Of a stretch of DNA of 64,000 nucleotides, positions 32,038-44,946 are shown in pieces. The stretch comes from Selaginella moellendorffii (lineage: Eukaryota; Plantae; Lycopodiophyta). Positions within the stretch are counted from its first letter, which is position 1, and the number at the start of each line of letters is the position of its first letter. The translations under genes and the position numbers were made by a program. The stretch lies in contig NW_003314272.1 in assembly GCF_000143415.4 (NCBI RefSeq), forward strand, positions 2,195,728 to 2,259,727, given 5' to 3'. The notes beneath the pieces are model-generated. The model did not search any database, was not told where the DNA came from, and worked only from the letters and a program-made list of their open reading frames with translations.

Positions 32038-34977
32038 TCACTTTGAAAGTGGCTGATTGAGTCCAAAAACGAGAGCTCCTGTACGAGAGATACAAAGCAC
32101 ATGGTCAGAAAAAATTCGCGAGAAAACAAAAGAGAAAAAGTGCGCAAAAAAGCTAACGAAAAGATCAAATAAAATAAAAATCTTACCGAGAGTTGGCATG
32201 AGAATCGAGATAGCGACGAGGCCAAAGAGCTTGAGCACCAGTCCCATGGTTAAAGTATCAACGATTCTCAAGTAGCCTGTGGAGAAGGCGATGGCATTTG
32301 GAGGAGTGGCGATCGGGAGCATGAACGCGAAGGATGCCGTGATGGTGCCCGTGAGCATCATGTAGAGGGGGTGGATTCCAATGGAGAGCGCGATGTCGGC
32401 GAGCAGCGGGAGAAAGATGGTGGCGGTGGCGTTGTTGGACGTAAACTCGGTGGTGATGCTCACGAGCAGCCCGGCCGCCGGGGCGACGAGCAAGTATGGA
32501 GCCGAGTTGAGGAAGCCCATGTTTTGAGTCATCCATGCGGACAATCCACTCGTCTCGATCCCCTCCGCGAGAGCAAAGCCTGAGAGATAAGAAAAGAAGA
32601 AACTTTAGATCGATGATCAAAGTGAGGACTCTACGTCTATGGATTATAACAAGTTCTGTGAAGAGAGCCTTTTGCTAGTCAGTTCAACGTACCGCGCGTT
32701 CTCTCATCTGTGAGATAGAGATTGGGATAATCGCGGTTGAAGCTTGATCACCGCGATCATGGTCACCATGATCTATGGTTTCGATTCGGAAGGTTAGTTC
32801 TCTACAGTTCTAAGTTATGACTTAGAGTCAGGCTTAAAACAGGGCTTACCGCCACCCAGGAGCAAGACAATATCCCACGGAAGTTTCTTGCAGCTAGACC
32901 AATCCATGAGCATTTCTCCAGGAGCGAGCTTGTTCGGGATGACGAAAAGAAGCGTGGCCACCAAAATCTGATCGATCCAGCAAAAGGGACAAACGAAGAG
33001 TCAGCTTTCACGAGAACACGCTTTCCTTGGATTCGACCGCGAACCACGAAAACAAAAGCGAGAAAAAGAAAGAGAGAAATATCATAGCAGCCAGCAGCAA
33101 GACCCCACACCAACAACAGGCCACGGATCGATAGAGATTGGAAAGAAAAAGCGGAAGAAAAGGGAAGAGGTGCCGGCGGCAACTAGAGAGTTTGAGCTGA
33201 TTACTTACACTGACACTGCCATCGCCAACGTAGCCATCGAAGAGCTGACCCCATCCTCCCACAGTTCCAAGTGACCGCGTCAGCCACAATGCGGCCAATA
33301 TGACGAAGAGGCTTAGCACCGAGGCCTCGGCAAAGCTTGTAGGCCCTGCAGCGTTGAAACGACGATTAGAATACGATCAGAAAATAATATAAGCCGGGAA
33401 GGTAATATCGTGATACGAGACAATTGCAAGCCGCCGAAGCAGTGATGTTTATGCCGGATCTGCACATGGACATGCAGCATCGAAGCATACGTACCATGCA
33501 TTGAAGAAACACCAGACGCGACAAGTGTGATGCTACACGGGAGAAGGAAAAAGGAAACAAAACAAACAAGAGAGTCTTGAATGCGCAAGCCCCAGCTTTG
33601 AGAGAATCATGAAAGTGTGGAGAGCGAAGAGCATGAGAACGCTTCCAATTGAGATGAAAGGAATGAGCTCAAAGGAACATAAACTCTCAGAGAAAGTGGG
33701 ATGAAGCTGCGAAGAAGAAAGAGAAAACGACTCGAAACAAACTCAAACAACGCCAAAACCGTGACTTCGTATGCAAGAACACAACGCCGTCGAAAGAGGA
33801 ACAAGGAAACAATGCCTGATCCGAGAAGAAAGACGTCGATCAGAGAATGCTTACCGAGAGAAGTATACTCCTCCTCGATGCTAGCGCGGTTGAGCGAGTG
33901 AGAGATGGCCGGAACAGCTGCGGCCCGGCAGTAGCGAAGGCACAGCATCCCCCAGCAAAAGATCAGCAAGCACAGCGCCAAGGGGAAGCCAAACAAGAAC
34001 CACTGCAAGTAAGTCACGGGAGCGGCCGATGGAAACTCCCGGCTCCACATCCCCGAGAGTATCATATTGGTGCTCGACCCGGTGAGCGTCGCGAGGCCCC
34101 CGATGGTCACCGAGAACATAATCGCCATCACCACCGCGCGGCCAAAGTTGGCGATGTGCGCCACCTCCGCTGCGACCTCCTCCTTGTTCATCAAGAGATG
34201 GATGTTGAAGTCGCGGGAGAAGAAGGAGTTTTGCTTGGACAGCCTCGAGGAGTGGTTGTTCTTGCGATCGTCGTCCTCGGCCCCCCCGGCGGGCGATAGA
34301 GGAGGAAGGTTGCCGGATGGAATGGAAGGGACCGATTCGAGGCGCTGGACGTCCTCGGCTCCACAGGTCGGGCACAGCGAGTGGGACTGGATGTAGGAGA
34401 TATGGCCGCTCTCGAGCTTGTGAAGAACACCGATTGACATGGGGACCATCATGATCGCGGCGGCGGTGTTGGAGATCCACATCGAGACGAATGCCGGGCC
34501 TGCGCAGAATCCCAGCAGCACCAGCCGGGGATCCATCTTGGATCCGCCGAAGAAGAGGAGCATCCGGAGCGCGAGGCGGCGATGGACCTGGTAGCGCTCC
34601 ACCGCGAGCGCGAGGACGAAGGAGCCGATGAAGATGGTGATGGTGTCGTTCATGTAGCTCATGGCGACGTCGTCGGCGCTGGCGAGCTCCATGGCCGGGA
34701 GGAGGCAGAGGGGCGCCAGCGACGTGATCGCGATCGGGATGGCCTCGCTCACCCACCAGATGCAGATCCAGGCCAGGATCGCCAGCATTCGCGACGCGGG
34801 GCCGCCGCGATCGCCGTGAATCTTGACGCAGAAGAGGATGAGCAGCGCGGCCAGGGGGCCGAGCGCGATGGAGATTGCGCGCTTGTAGGCGGTGAGAGTT
34901 CTCCACGCCCTGAGAAGCCCAATTGCGCGTTGCCCCTGCTGCTGCCCGAGTAGCGGCTCCTCGCCGGTATCCTCCAT
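32038..34977 (-). CDS. TDT: Tonoplast dicarboxylate transporter (SLC13/DASS family), multi-exon
   Basis: [80 protein letters not shown]. Confidence 0.92.
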
Positions 34978-35122
34978 AGCCAGAGAGCCCAATTGAAATT
35001 CACGGAGCTTTTTATAATTGTTATAAACCTAGGGTTCCTCGGGGGCTTTTAGGGTTCTTGTGTGGTTTGTGTGGCCGGCCCTAGATAGCGGCGCTTGCGC
35101 GGAGGCTGGAGGAGGCGCCGCG

Positions 35123-35875
35123 ATGTTGATCTCCAAGAAGAATCGCGTGGAGGTGTACAAGTACCTGTTCAAAGGTGAGGGGATCTAGCTTCTCCTGGCG
35201 CGCTCGCGCTCACGCATTTCTAATCCGAGATTTCTCCCCAATTGTTCGGCGCAGAGGGCGTCCTCTACGCCAAGAAGGACTACAATCTCCCCAAGCACCC
35301 GGAGATCGATGTCCCCAATCTCCAGGTGATCAAGCTCATGCAGAGCTTCAAGTCCAAGGAGTATGTCAAGGAATCGTTCGCGTGGACGTACTACTACTGG
35401 TACCTCACCAACGATGGCATCGAGTACTTGCGGACGTTTTTGAATCTCCCGTCGGAGATTGTGCCCGCGACGCTCAAGAAATCCGCGAGGCCACCTGGGC
35501 GTCCCATGCCCCAGCAGCCCCCGAGGTTCGTTTTTCTCTTTGTTTCTCTTAGATTTTATGGTAGTTCTCTTTCTAGCTCGAAGTTCTAAGCTTTTCTCCC
35601 TGTTCTTTTCAGGGGTCCTCCACGATACGAGGGCGACCGGCCGAGGTTTGGCGATCGTGAGGGCTACAGAAGCGGCCCTCGAGGAGGAGGATTCGGGGAC
35701 AAGGGAGGAGTTCCACCAGAATTCCAACCTTCTTTCAGGGTACGGTCGATTTCTTTCTTTGTGGTTTCGTGGCTGATTCGGGTGTGATTGTGGGGAGCAG
35801 GGGCCGAGAACTGGGTTTGGACGCGGTGGTGGTGGCTTCGGAGGGCCCAGTGCTCCTGGTGCTCTTGCGGAGTAG
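35123..35875 (+). CDS. RPS10: 40S ribosomal protein S10 (eS10), 4 exons
   Basis: [17 protein letters not shown] / [38 protein letters not shown]...[28 protein letters not shown] / RGG-rich tail; TAG at 35873. Confidence 0.97.
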
Positions 35876-38800
35876 AGAGTTTGGTTTTTGTTGTGAATGC
35901 GCGAGCCTATATCACTAATTTGAAGTGGAACTTTTCTCTCTTTTGTGAAATTTAAAGAACATAGATTGCGGCGATGAAGATTTATTGCGTACTATGTTTT
36001 CGATCATGTTTATTCCATTCTAATGATATTTTAAGTAGTTAACTTTTGTTTTGGCATTACTGCGTTTGATTTTAGTTTGTGTGGATCTGACTGTTTTGCG
36101 TGTGCCATAGCATAACTTTGCTCTTCTTCTCTCTCTTGCTCTTCATGTATGCTCCCTGTCAAGCATCGCAAGAAGAGGAAGAGATTGGCTCACGAAGGAA
36201 GGCACAGGATTCTTCCGATAGTAAACATCTAAAAGAGACGAAGTTTTTCGTGGTCGGAATGGCAGTGGAAATGCTGGGGATGAAGATGGTGAACGAACTT
36301 GTGAAAGAGGCAAGCTTTTATGGATAGAGTTTTGTCGTTCGAGGGACTAACTGGGCTTCTTTCTTCTCTACGAAGGCGTACACCCAGTGGGTTCAATCTG
36401 CTCAAGCTGCGGCTAGAGCCGGATCTATACACCACGATTAACTCTCCTCAGTAGAATAAGTTCCAAAAGCAGTGGAATTTTCAAAGCGCGGGAGAGAAAT
36501 GGACAAAAATGATCCTACTGAAGTGCGGAGAAAGCGCAGAAAATTTTGCGAAGGGGACACAAGAAGTTGTGAGAAAGAGGAAGGTGAATTGGATGGAAAC
36601 AAGGGGAGAAGTATTTGATCTTGTGAAGATGCTAAACAAGTTCCAGTTCTGCACTGTAAGTTACGGGATTTGTTCTAGTCTTTCATCCTACTACACATAA
36701 AGAGATCAATCAGAGCTTTCATTGAAGTCGGGAAAGGAAACTCTTAGGGATCTTGAATAGTGATAAGTATGGAGGCAGTAGATCCCTTTTGCATGAGATA
36801 CATTATTCGGAGATGTGGTTTTCTTTTAACTGTGAGAGCATTGTGAATGAAGAAGACAGACCAAAATCTTCTGATGGACTAGCACAGGACACAGCACGAA
36901 GACTTTGTTAACATCCTTTGGGGGATCCAGGGTTCTTAAGTTCTTGTTCCCATCACTAACATTTATATTTTTTACCATATTCCAGCTATGGGAGATAGCC
37001 AAAATAAGGGGAGGCTCATCAATTTCTTCTATAGCAATTTTCCATGCCTTTAGAGAAGCTCCACCAGTAGTCTAGTGGAGTTCTCTTCCTTTCAGAGTTT
37101 TCATGGGTTTTTATCCACAATTTCCTCTTCCTAACAAGTTAGCCAGTCATTCTACCAACTTAATAATTAAGCTATCCAAAATCCAAGGTTTCCCTTTTGC
37201 CAAAGTCTTTAATTCCAAAAAGAAAAGGAAATTTAGGTTATGGTTTTAGAACCCTAATAAAAGTGTAAGTGACTAAATTTTCTATTATATTTTAATTATT
37301 TAATCACACTTTTGACCACTTGGAAGAACTTCTGAGGTACTTGCAAAAACCCCAAAAATATATTATTTTCACATTTAATCTAAATATTCTTGAATCTCAT
37401 CATAAACACCCAAAAGTATCACTAATATATTAACCTATTAATTAAGGTTATATTTATTCACTTTTGTCTTAGAAAACCTCATAGTCTCATCTTTCAAAAA
37501 TCATAAATGGTCATTTTACACTGAATATCCTTTTTTCAATCCTTACCAATTTTTTTTTTATCCATGGTAGTGCTCACTAACACCATCATTGATTTGGGCT
37601 TCAAAGCTTGTCCATTAAATTTCATTAACCTCTTGAGACTTTTTCACTATATATTTATATCAAGTAAAAGGATTATTCATCTCCCTTTCCATAATTTTAG
37701 ACTTTGGAATCAAAACACTGTAGTAACTTTGTAAATACTCCCTCTTGAGAAGCATGAAAGTGGGAGACACTAGAGAAGATAAAGCCACTTGCAATAGTTT
37801 TAGTTCTCAAAGCGTGTGGACAATAAGGACTATCTTCGATCATGCCAACAAGGAATGTTTCATTTGCCACTGGGATGCCCCAGCCATGTGGCTAAAGTGA
37901 AATTATGATGGGCCATACAAAGTATTTAAATAAGTAGTGCTACCCACACTTGATTGAAAGTATTAATTATTTGATCTTTTGGGAGAGTTAAAATTAGGCT
38001 TTTGAACACTTTATCAAGTCACTATATTTATCTATTTATATTCACTTTAGCTTTGGATTTTCAATGTTCTATGGAAGTGTAATTTTCCTTAGTCACCCTA
38101 GCCCCATTGGTTCCACTAAAGTCCTCCCTTTACTATATTGCAAAGATTAACCAAACCCTCTAGGGTTTTGGAGAAACCCATTTTGGGTTTTCACCCTTGG
38201 ACTCAAACTCAAATTCAATCTCAGTCTTGGTATTAGTCTTAGTTTTAAACTTGGAGTTCATCTTGGATCTGATCTTGGCCTCCATCTCAAATTTGGCCTC
38301 AAACTCCATCTCAGATTCAATCTTGACCTCTATCTTAGATTTAATTTTGAACATGGTTTTGGACTCAGTCCTAACACTTTTATGTGTTACAACATTTGTT
38401 ATGTGTCAATCATTCTTATGTCCCTTTCTAGAGACTTGATTATCGATAATTTCATGATTATATAAGTGACTAATTTTTCCATTTTACTTTAGTCACTTAA
38501 CCACACACTTCACCATTTAGAGGAGTCTAACTCACAACCTCCATAAGTTTTATTTAGGACATGGGGACATGCCACTTAGCCTTTGCACTTGGTCCAAGTG
38601 CTCCACGTGTCCGATCCCATGATTGACACTCAAAGGTAACACTAACATATCAACCCATTACACTAAAGCCATGTTTATTCACCCTTATCACATCAATAGT
38701 CCAAAACCATCTGTATCACCATCCCAATTCTTAAAGATTGGGCTATCCATCGATGAATGGTCATCCCTTGACCACACATTAACACCTTTAGGATGCCTAG

Positions 38801-39474
38801 AGATATAAAAAACACCCTTCCCCAATGTCTTTTCTCCCGTCCCCACCAAGTTCCTCTTCATCTATAATTGTGTTTATTAACACTACCATTGAGACAAGGC
38901 CCAAAGGCTTGATCATTATGTCCTACTATTTTCTAAGACTTCCTCACCATATAACCGTATCCTTGGTCACTACATCAAAGGTTGCTCTTTTTCCTTTCCA
39001 CAATTTGAGATTTTAATACACTATTTCAAAACATCGTGGCCTTATGTGGGTCTTATGGGTACTTTCCTCACCTTCCACATTTATGTGCCCTAACCATGTG
39101 GTTAGAATAAAGTTCTGATGAGCTACATTAAGTATCCAAGTAAATAGTGCCACCCACATTTGCATTGAGAGCCCAATCTCCTAAAGGAGGTAGAATTAGC
39201 TCTTGAACACTTCACCAAGCTATACTGCTTGTTTATCTGTATTCACTCTAGCCTTGGATTTCTTAATAGTTATATCATTACCTAATATGTAAGTATAAAT
39301 TTCTTTAGTCACAATGGCTTTCCTGGGCTAAATTAACTCTATTAAAGTCTTCCCTTTATTATACTTTTAGAGCTCACCAAACCCCTTAGGGTCTAAGAGA
39401 CAATCACTTTGGGCTTTCACCCTTAAATTTGGATTTGGATTTGGTCTCGATTTCTTTTTCGACCTTGACCTTGG

Positions 39475-40490
39475 TGTAAGCTCCTGAGTTTGGACTTCCC
39501 GAGAGGTCACCCATCCCAGTATTATTCAAACCCAAGGACGCTTAACCCCAAATATCCCAAGACCCTTAACCGATTGGAAAAGGGGGTGCACTCTTGTTCA
39601 TGGGCCCTTTCCCTCTATATTTGAACCCCATGGATCGTCTCTCGAGTCGTTCCCTTTAGTTGCTTACAATCCACCACGCTTCCCTGCAAGTTCACGCCCT
39701 CGTGAACCCTGCAAGTTCACGCCCTCGTGAACGGAAGCTGAGAGCCGCAGCTCTCCCGAGAGCCCCGCTCTCTTGACACCCTACCCCTCGGGTCGAGCCC
39801 AGCGGGAGCAAACTGGACCAGCCAGATGTCAATTAACATGTGGTGTGATTCCCTTAGCCAACCAACAGAGTCGGACCCGAGACCGCTCCGATACCAAATG
39901 TAAGCTCCTGAGTTTGGACTTCCCGAGAGGTCACCCATCCCAGTACTATTCAAACCCAAGGACGCTTAACCCCAAATATCCCAAGACCCTTAACCAATTG
40001 GAAAAGGGGGTGCACTCTTGTTCATGGGCCCTTTCCCTCTATATTTGAACCCCATGGACCGTCTCTCGAGTCGTTCTCTTTGGTTGCTTACAATCCACCA
40101 CGCTTCCCTGCAAGTTCACGCCCTCGTGAACGGAAGCTGAGAGCCGCAGCTCTCCCGAGAGCCTCGCTCTCTTGACACCCTACCCCTCGGGTCGAGCCCA
40201 GTGGGACAAACTGGACCAGCCAGATGTCAATCAACATGTGGTGCAATTCCCTTAGCCAACCAACAGAGTCGGACCCGAGACCGCTCTGATACCAAATGTA
40301 AGCTCCTGAATTTGGACTTCCCGGGAGGTCACCCAGCCTAGTACTATTCAAACCCAAGGACGCTTAACACCAACTATCCCAAGACCCTTAACCGATTGGA
40401 AAAGGGGGTGCACTCTTGTTCATGGGCCCTTTCCCTCTATATTTGAACCCCATGGATCGTCTCTCGAGTCGTTCTCTTTGGTTGCTTACA
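39475..40490 (-). mobile_element. Cassandra-type tandem-array TRIM: three 194-bp LTRs (39475-39668, 39899-40092, 40297-40490) and two internal domains
   Basis: LTRs TGTAAGC...GCTTACA; Met-i PBS TGGTATC(A/G)GAGC; PPT-like AGGGAAGCGTGGTGGAT; 5S-like segment in each LTR; 25-bp duplication in the first internal domain. Confidence 0.93.
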
Positions 40491-40928
40491 TAGGTGACCT
40501 CCCGAGAAGTCCAAACCCAGGAGCTTACATTTGGTATCAGAGAGGTCTCGGGTCCGACTCTGTTGGTTGGCTAAGGGAATCACACCACATGTTAATTGAC
40601 ATCTGGCTGGTCCAGTTTGCTCCCGCTGGGCTCGACCCGAGGGGTAGGGTGTCAAGAGAGCGGGGCTCTCGGGAGAGCTGCGGCTCTCAGCTTCCGTTCA
40701 CGAGGGCGTGAACTTGCAGGGAAGCGTGGTGGATTGTAAGCAACTAAAGGGAACGACTCGAGAGACGATCCATGGGGTTCAAATATAGAGGGAAAGGGCC
40801 CATGAACAAGAGTGCACCCCCTTTTCCAATCGGTTAAGGGTCTTGGGATAGTTGGTGTTAAGCGTCCTTGGGTTTGAATAGTACTGGGCTGGGTGACCTC
40901 CCGGGAAGTCCAAATTCAGGAGCTTACA
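40491..40928 (+). mobile_element. Inverted, 5'-truncated Cassandra-type TRIM (39-bp LTR end 40491-40529, PBS 40532-40542, internal, full LTR 40735-40928)
   Basis: Reverse-complement copy of the adjacent array; CTTGG flanks the whole composite (39470-39474, 40929-40933). Confidence 0.92.
40857..40911 (+). ncRNA. 5S rRNA-derived segment (A box-IE-C box region) inside the TRIM LTR; also in the three minus-strand LTRs
   Basis: GTTAAGCGTCCTTGGGTTTGAATAGTACTGGGCTGGGTGACCTCCCGGGAAGTCC versus plant 5S (recalled) GTTAAGCGTGCTTGGGCGAGAGTAGTACTAGGATGGGTGACCTCCTGGGAAGTCC. Not a full 5S gene. Confidence 0.88.
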
Positions 40929-41939
40929 CTTGGACTCTATCTCAGACTCCATTTCAGGTTTATCTTGGACTCCATCTCGGACTCCTTTTTAAACTTGTTC
41001 TTAACACTTCCATGTGTTACAACACTTATCATATATCAATACTTCCTGTGTCTTTTTTTAGAGACTTATTCACCAATTTCTTCGTGTTCATCCCTTAAGC
41101 ACTTTATTCAGAATTCCATTCCCACTCTTGACTTTCTAAATTAGAGTTTTTGGTTTAAACATATTACATTTGTTAGACTTCCAATTCAATGTGGCATCCT
41201 TTTTACTCCACTTTAGGGCTTAAAGATTTATGTTTCATAGATTGTTCCTTAAACACTTTTTTGGGAGTTTCACTTCCATACTTAACTTTCTAAGTTGATG
41301 CTTGTTGAACTTTCATTTTAATTATTGCCATATAACACACTTTTGGTTGGGTTTGTGTCTTACAAAAAGTAAGTATACCAAATTGATTTTTATAGAATAA
41401 AATTTCAACAAGCTTCATAAGCAAAGGATTGATCTATAGGTTAAGTTTTATGTGATGCTTATTTAAATTTATCCTAATCTTGATAAAGATATCCATGTGG
41501 TTCATAAGAAATTAAAACTGATCCAGAAAATTTAAAATCTAGGAATCTATTTTATCTTTTTCAAGTTTAAATTTGAAGTGTTTTGAATTACAATATTATT
41601 TAATTAATTTTTATTTTAAATTTATTTTCTGAGAAATTTTAATTTGACACTTATTTTAGTGATAAACTACAAGTTCAAAACACAATACACAAATTGTAGC
41701 AACTCAAGATTCCCCAAAGATGAGATGAAAGCACAAAAATGAAAGAAGATTAAATAAAAGGATATAAGCAATAAAATAATATAAATAACCAAAGGGAACA
41801 ATTTAAAAATATTTTATTAAGGAAGAAAGAAAAGCTATATTTATGAGTGAGTATTATTAGGATAGATTAGTATCACAAAATCCAATTCTATTTATTGGAT
41901 AGAGGGAATCACACCATACTTTTATCTACTATCCAAGGA

Positions 41940-42647
41940 GAGTGCCCTTGACGGAGGGCAAAAGTTGGACTTGAATAACCAAGCCCGTATCACGCATGTC
42001 AAGATAGGGTACTCACCCTCACTTTGCTTCCGCAGAAATTCCTGGATGAGACCAACAGGTTCTGCACTTTGGGCCACAGAGAAAGTTCTCAAGCAGCTGC
42101 TTGCCTTCTTTGTGATGGTGACGAAGCAGGAGTGCATCATGACTGGCATCCTCGGAGAACTTCTTTGGGACTTGGCTTGAGGGCTACATAGGCAGCCTCC
42201 GAGCGGACACTTTGAACATAGGCGATTTAAACGAAGCGGAAGCTCGCCAGTTTTTTGATACGCGCCTACCAAGGGGTGTCCGACGAGTTGTGGAAGGACA
42301 TATATGGACGGATGGGCTTACTAGCCAGAGCTGCTCGGAGCGTAGTCATAGGACATCTTTCTCGAGCTGCCGTTTGGAGGTACAGCTTGCTTGCTTGCTT
42401 TCCAGAGGACCTCCCTGCCAACAAGCCTAACAAGCCGTACTGGACGAAGGACAATTGGAAGACCATAGTGTCCACCTTGGTGGAACACAAGGATGGTATT
42501 ACGCCCTACATGACGCTCTGCAACAAGCTTTTCGTGGGCAAGGTGAACAGTCTCATCGAGTATGACCTTAGGACACTTGCGGTACCCCTTGTCATGCCAA
42601 CGTCGCTTCACTTTCGAGCTATGCAGGGGCTGGCCAAAACTTTGTAG
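41940..42647 (+). pseudogene. Frameshifted remnant of a P-loop ATPase-like gene (archaeal-ATPase/AAA_16-like C-terminal half)
   Basis: Fragments in different frames: LKQLLAFFVMVTKQE, IGDLNEAEARQFF, WKDIYGRMG, VNSLIEYD...HFRAMQ; stops and frameshifts. Confidence 0.45.
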
Positions 42648-42799
42648 AATCACCACGGAACGAGATATGCAAGGGCGATCAACTTGATTTTCACATTCCG
42701 TTGACTTTCGTCAAAGGAAAATACTAGTTAGAAATTTTCGTCCATGGATGAAGCCTCAAATCTACTGCCACTTCCAAGCACTTCGTCGTGGAGAGCTAT

Positions 42800-43540
42800 G
42801 CATCGCGATTGAGGCAGTGTGGCATCGCAAGAGACGTAGGAGGACGAGCTCCTCGACTAAGGCTCTCGTCTAAAAGTATGCCCAGTGTGGGCATTTGCAG
42901 GAATCCCGGGAATCTTTTGAGATCCACGCAAAGAACGTCTTCTCCTGGAATGTGATCGTGGAAAACGGCGAGATCCGGCAGGCCAGGGCGCTGTTCGTGT
43001 CGTGACGACGATGGTGAGCGCTTATGCCCGAAAGGAGGGCGATTCCCGCCTCGCGCGATTGTTCTTCGAGAGCATGCCGCAGTGGAGTGTCGTTCCGTGA
43101 AACGCCATGCTCGGATCAATAGTCCAGGACGGCGAGTTGGGCCTCGCTCGCAGGTTCTTGGAGATCGCGCGAGAGAGACGTGATCGCCTGGAACACGATG
43201 ATTACGGCCTATTCCCAGGAGCTCCAGTTCGCGAGCTTTCTCTTCGACAGGATGCCACAGAGAGTTTGGTGTCGTGGAGCACTATTACTGCGGCTAACGC
43301 ACATCTTGGAAGATTAGTTGACACGCCGCATTTGCCTTAAATGGGCATTTTGGTTATGCAAGATTTAATGTTGATCGAGTGCCACATCCCAATGTAATCT
43401 CTTGGAACGCAATCTTGGGTGCGTATGCTAGCGCTGGCTTTGTAGAAGTGGCTGAATATCTTCCAGTCCATGGACGAGAGATCCGTGTCATGGAAGTCTC
43501 TGATATCCGGATATTCTCACCGGGGAGAAACGTTTCGTGC
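42800..43540 (+). pseudogene. Degenerate PLS-PPR gene fragments
   Basis: MPQWSVVP*NAMLG, LVSWSTITAANAHLG, MPHPNVISWNAILGAYASAG, SVSWKSLISGYSHRG, broken by stops and frameshifts. Confidence 0.75.
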
Positions 43541-44946
43541 ATCTCGGCATCACTTGGAGTTCTCCGGTCTGAGTTTTGTTTTATTTTTCTCGTTAGACAG
43601 CAGATTTATAGCGAAGTTCGTTGATGCAACTGGCCACACCCGATTTCAGCATGCCACCTGACAAGCACGGCTCTTGCACTGTACTTTGGCTCGCTGTGAG
43701 GCGAAAAACAGGCGAGGAAGAAAGGGTAGACTTTTCTCCCCATCCATTCATTCCAGGCTCATTCTTACGCCATTCACTCTTGGCAAAAGCAGAAGGGAAG
43801 AAGCCGGGGTTTCCGAGCCAAAAGTTCAAGTGGCTGAGAAATGAGAAGCACATGAGAGTGATCAAGGTGATACTGGTGGTGATAATTGGCGTGGCTGTAA
43901 ATCACTACCTGAGCTCATCAGGATGCCGCTCTGGGCTCTCGGAGAAATCATTCTGTCCAGACTCCTCCAGAAGAGAATAAAAAAGGTGAAAACTTTGACT
44001 CCATCTTCCTTTTGGGGGTCAACAAGGGCGCTGGCATTTTCCATACACCACACAAAGAGAAAAGCAAGCGATGGAAAGCAACAAGGTAACTTGGGATAGC
44101 TTTTTTCCAGCTGATAAAAAATCGATCTGACTGCTCTTTGCTAGATCCATGGAGGAGTGTTTTCAATATGAAAGATCAGAGTTTCGCGTGAGCTGGATTT
44201 TTCACGAGGGTACAGCCTGGAAAGTTAAAAACTTTCTTTTCGAGCTGGACTTGTCATGAGCTACTAAGCGGGTTTTTCTTCCACAGGAGATATTCGTACT
44301 CAGCATATCTCTCAGGATCAGGTGTCCGTACGCTTCTCCTGTCTTGCCTTTGAAGGACCTGCGCTGGGTTGGTTTTTATCTTTTATGCATCTTGGCGAAA
44401 ACGACCAGCAGCAAAGTTGCTGGATTGCAAGCTAAGGTTACACTTTCTGCAAGAAAAATTTGTTTGATACTAAGTACTGTTCTTGAAAGCTAGCAATAAG
44501 AATAAGAACAAGGAACACTCTAAAGCAAAAAAAAATGTTTAATACTAAAAAACCACCAGAGTTTTGTCCATAAGGGCTGCTGGCACCAGTGGCCAGTAGC
44601 AGCAGTCGCAGCACAGCAGCGGCCATGGTGGCAATAAAATGGGAGAAAGAATGTAGAGCTTGTTCAAATCTTAGCTCGCTCTTGTCTGTGCCACTCTCTG
44701 CCAGTGCCGCCGTGCTCCGGGAAACTCCGGGAGGATCCAAAGCCTGAGATACGGTAATGGTGGCCGAGGCGAGCATTGCTTTACTCTCAGTAGCTTCTTT
44801 AAGTGCTGGGCTGCCAGAGTTTAAAGACTTGCGCCTGGCGGACTAGAAGAGGGCCTTCGAATTTTCTCTGCTGCCATTGTCTTGGTGTAGTCTTTCCGGC
44901 CAGGTGTGTGCTTCTGTCAAATCCGTATCCCTCCCTCCATTCGAAT

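Larger units (their letters stand above)
38461..41239 (-). mobile_element. Second solo LTR of the same family nested in the first; TSD GATTA/GATTG
   Basis: TATAAGTGACTAATTTTTCC ... TGTTTCATA; flanks GATTA (38456-38460) and GATTG (41240-41244); outer LTR sequence resumes after 41244. Confidence 0.8.
37264..41364 (-). mobile_element. Old solo LTR (large-LTR family), host of nested insertions; TSD AAAAG
   Basis: Starts TGTAAGTGACTAAATTTTC, ends GTGTCTTACA; AAAAG at 37259-37263 and 41365-41369; homologous to 54356-56090. Confidence 0.85.

Noticed and set aside
36100-36900. Protein-like fragments after RPS10
   Set aside because: Broken by stops and frameshifts; family not recognisable.
39475-40928. 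Possible tandem 5S rDNA array
   Set aside because: Only about 55 nt of 5S, lacking the 5' half and T-run terminator, and embedded in TG...CA LTRs with PBS/PPT.
43600-44800. Several 60-120 aa ORFs
   Set aside because: No coherent exon chain or motif could be assembled.
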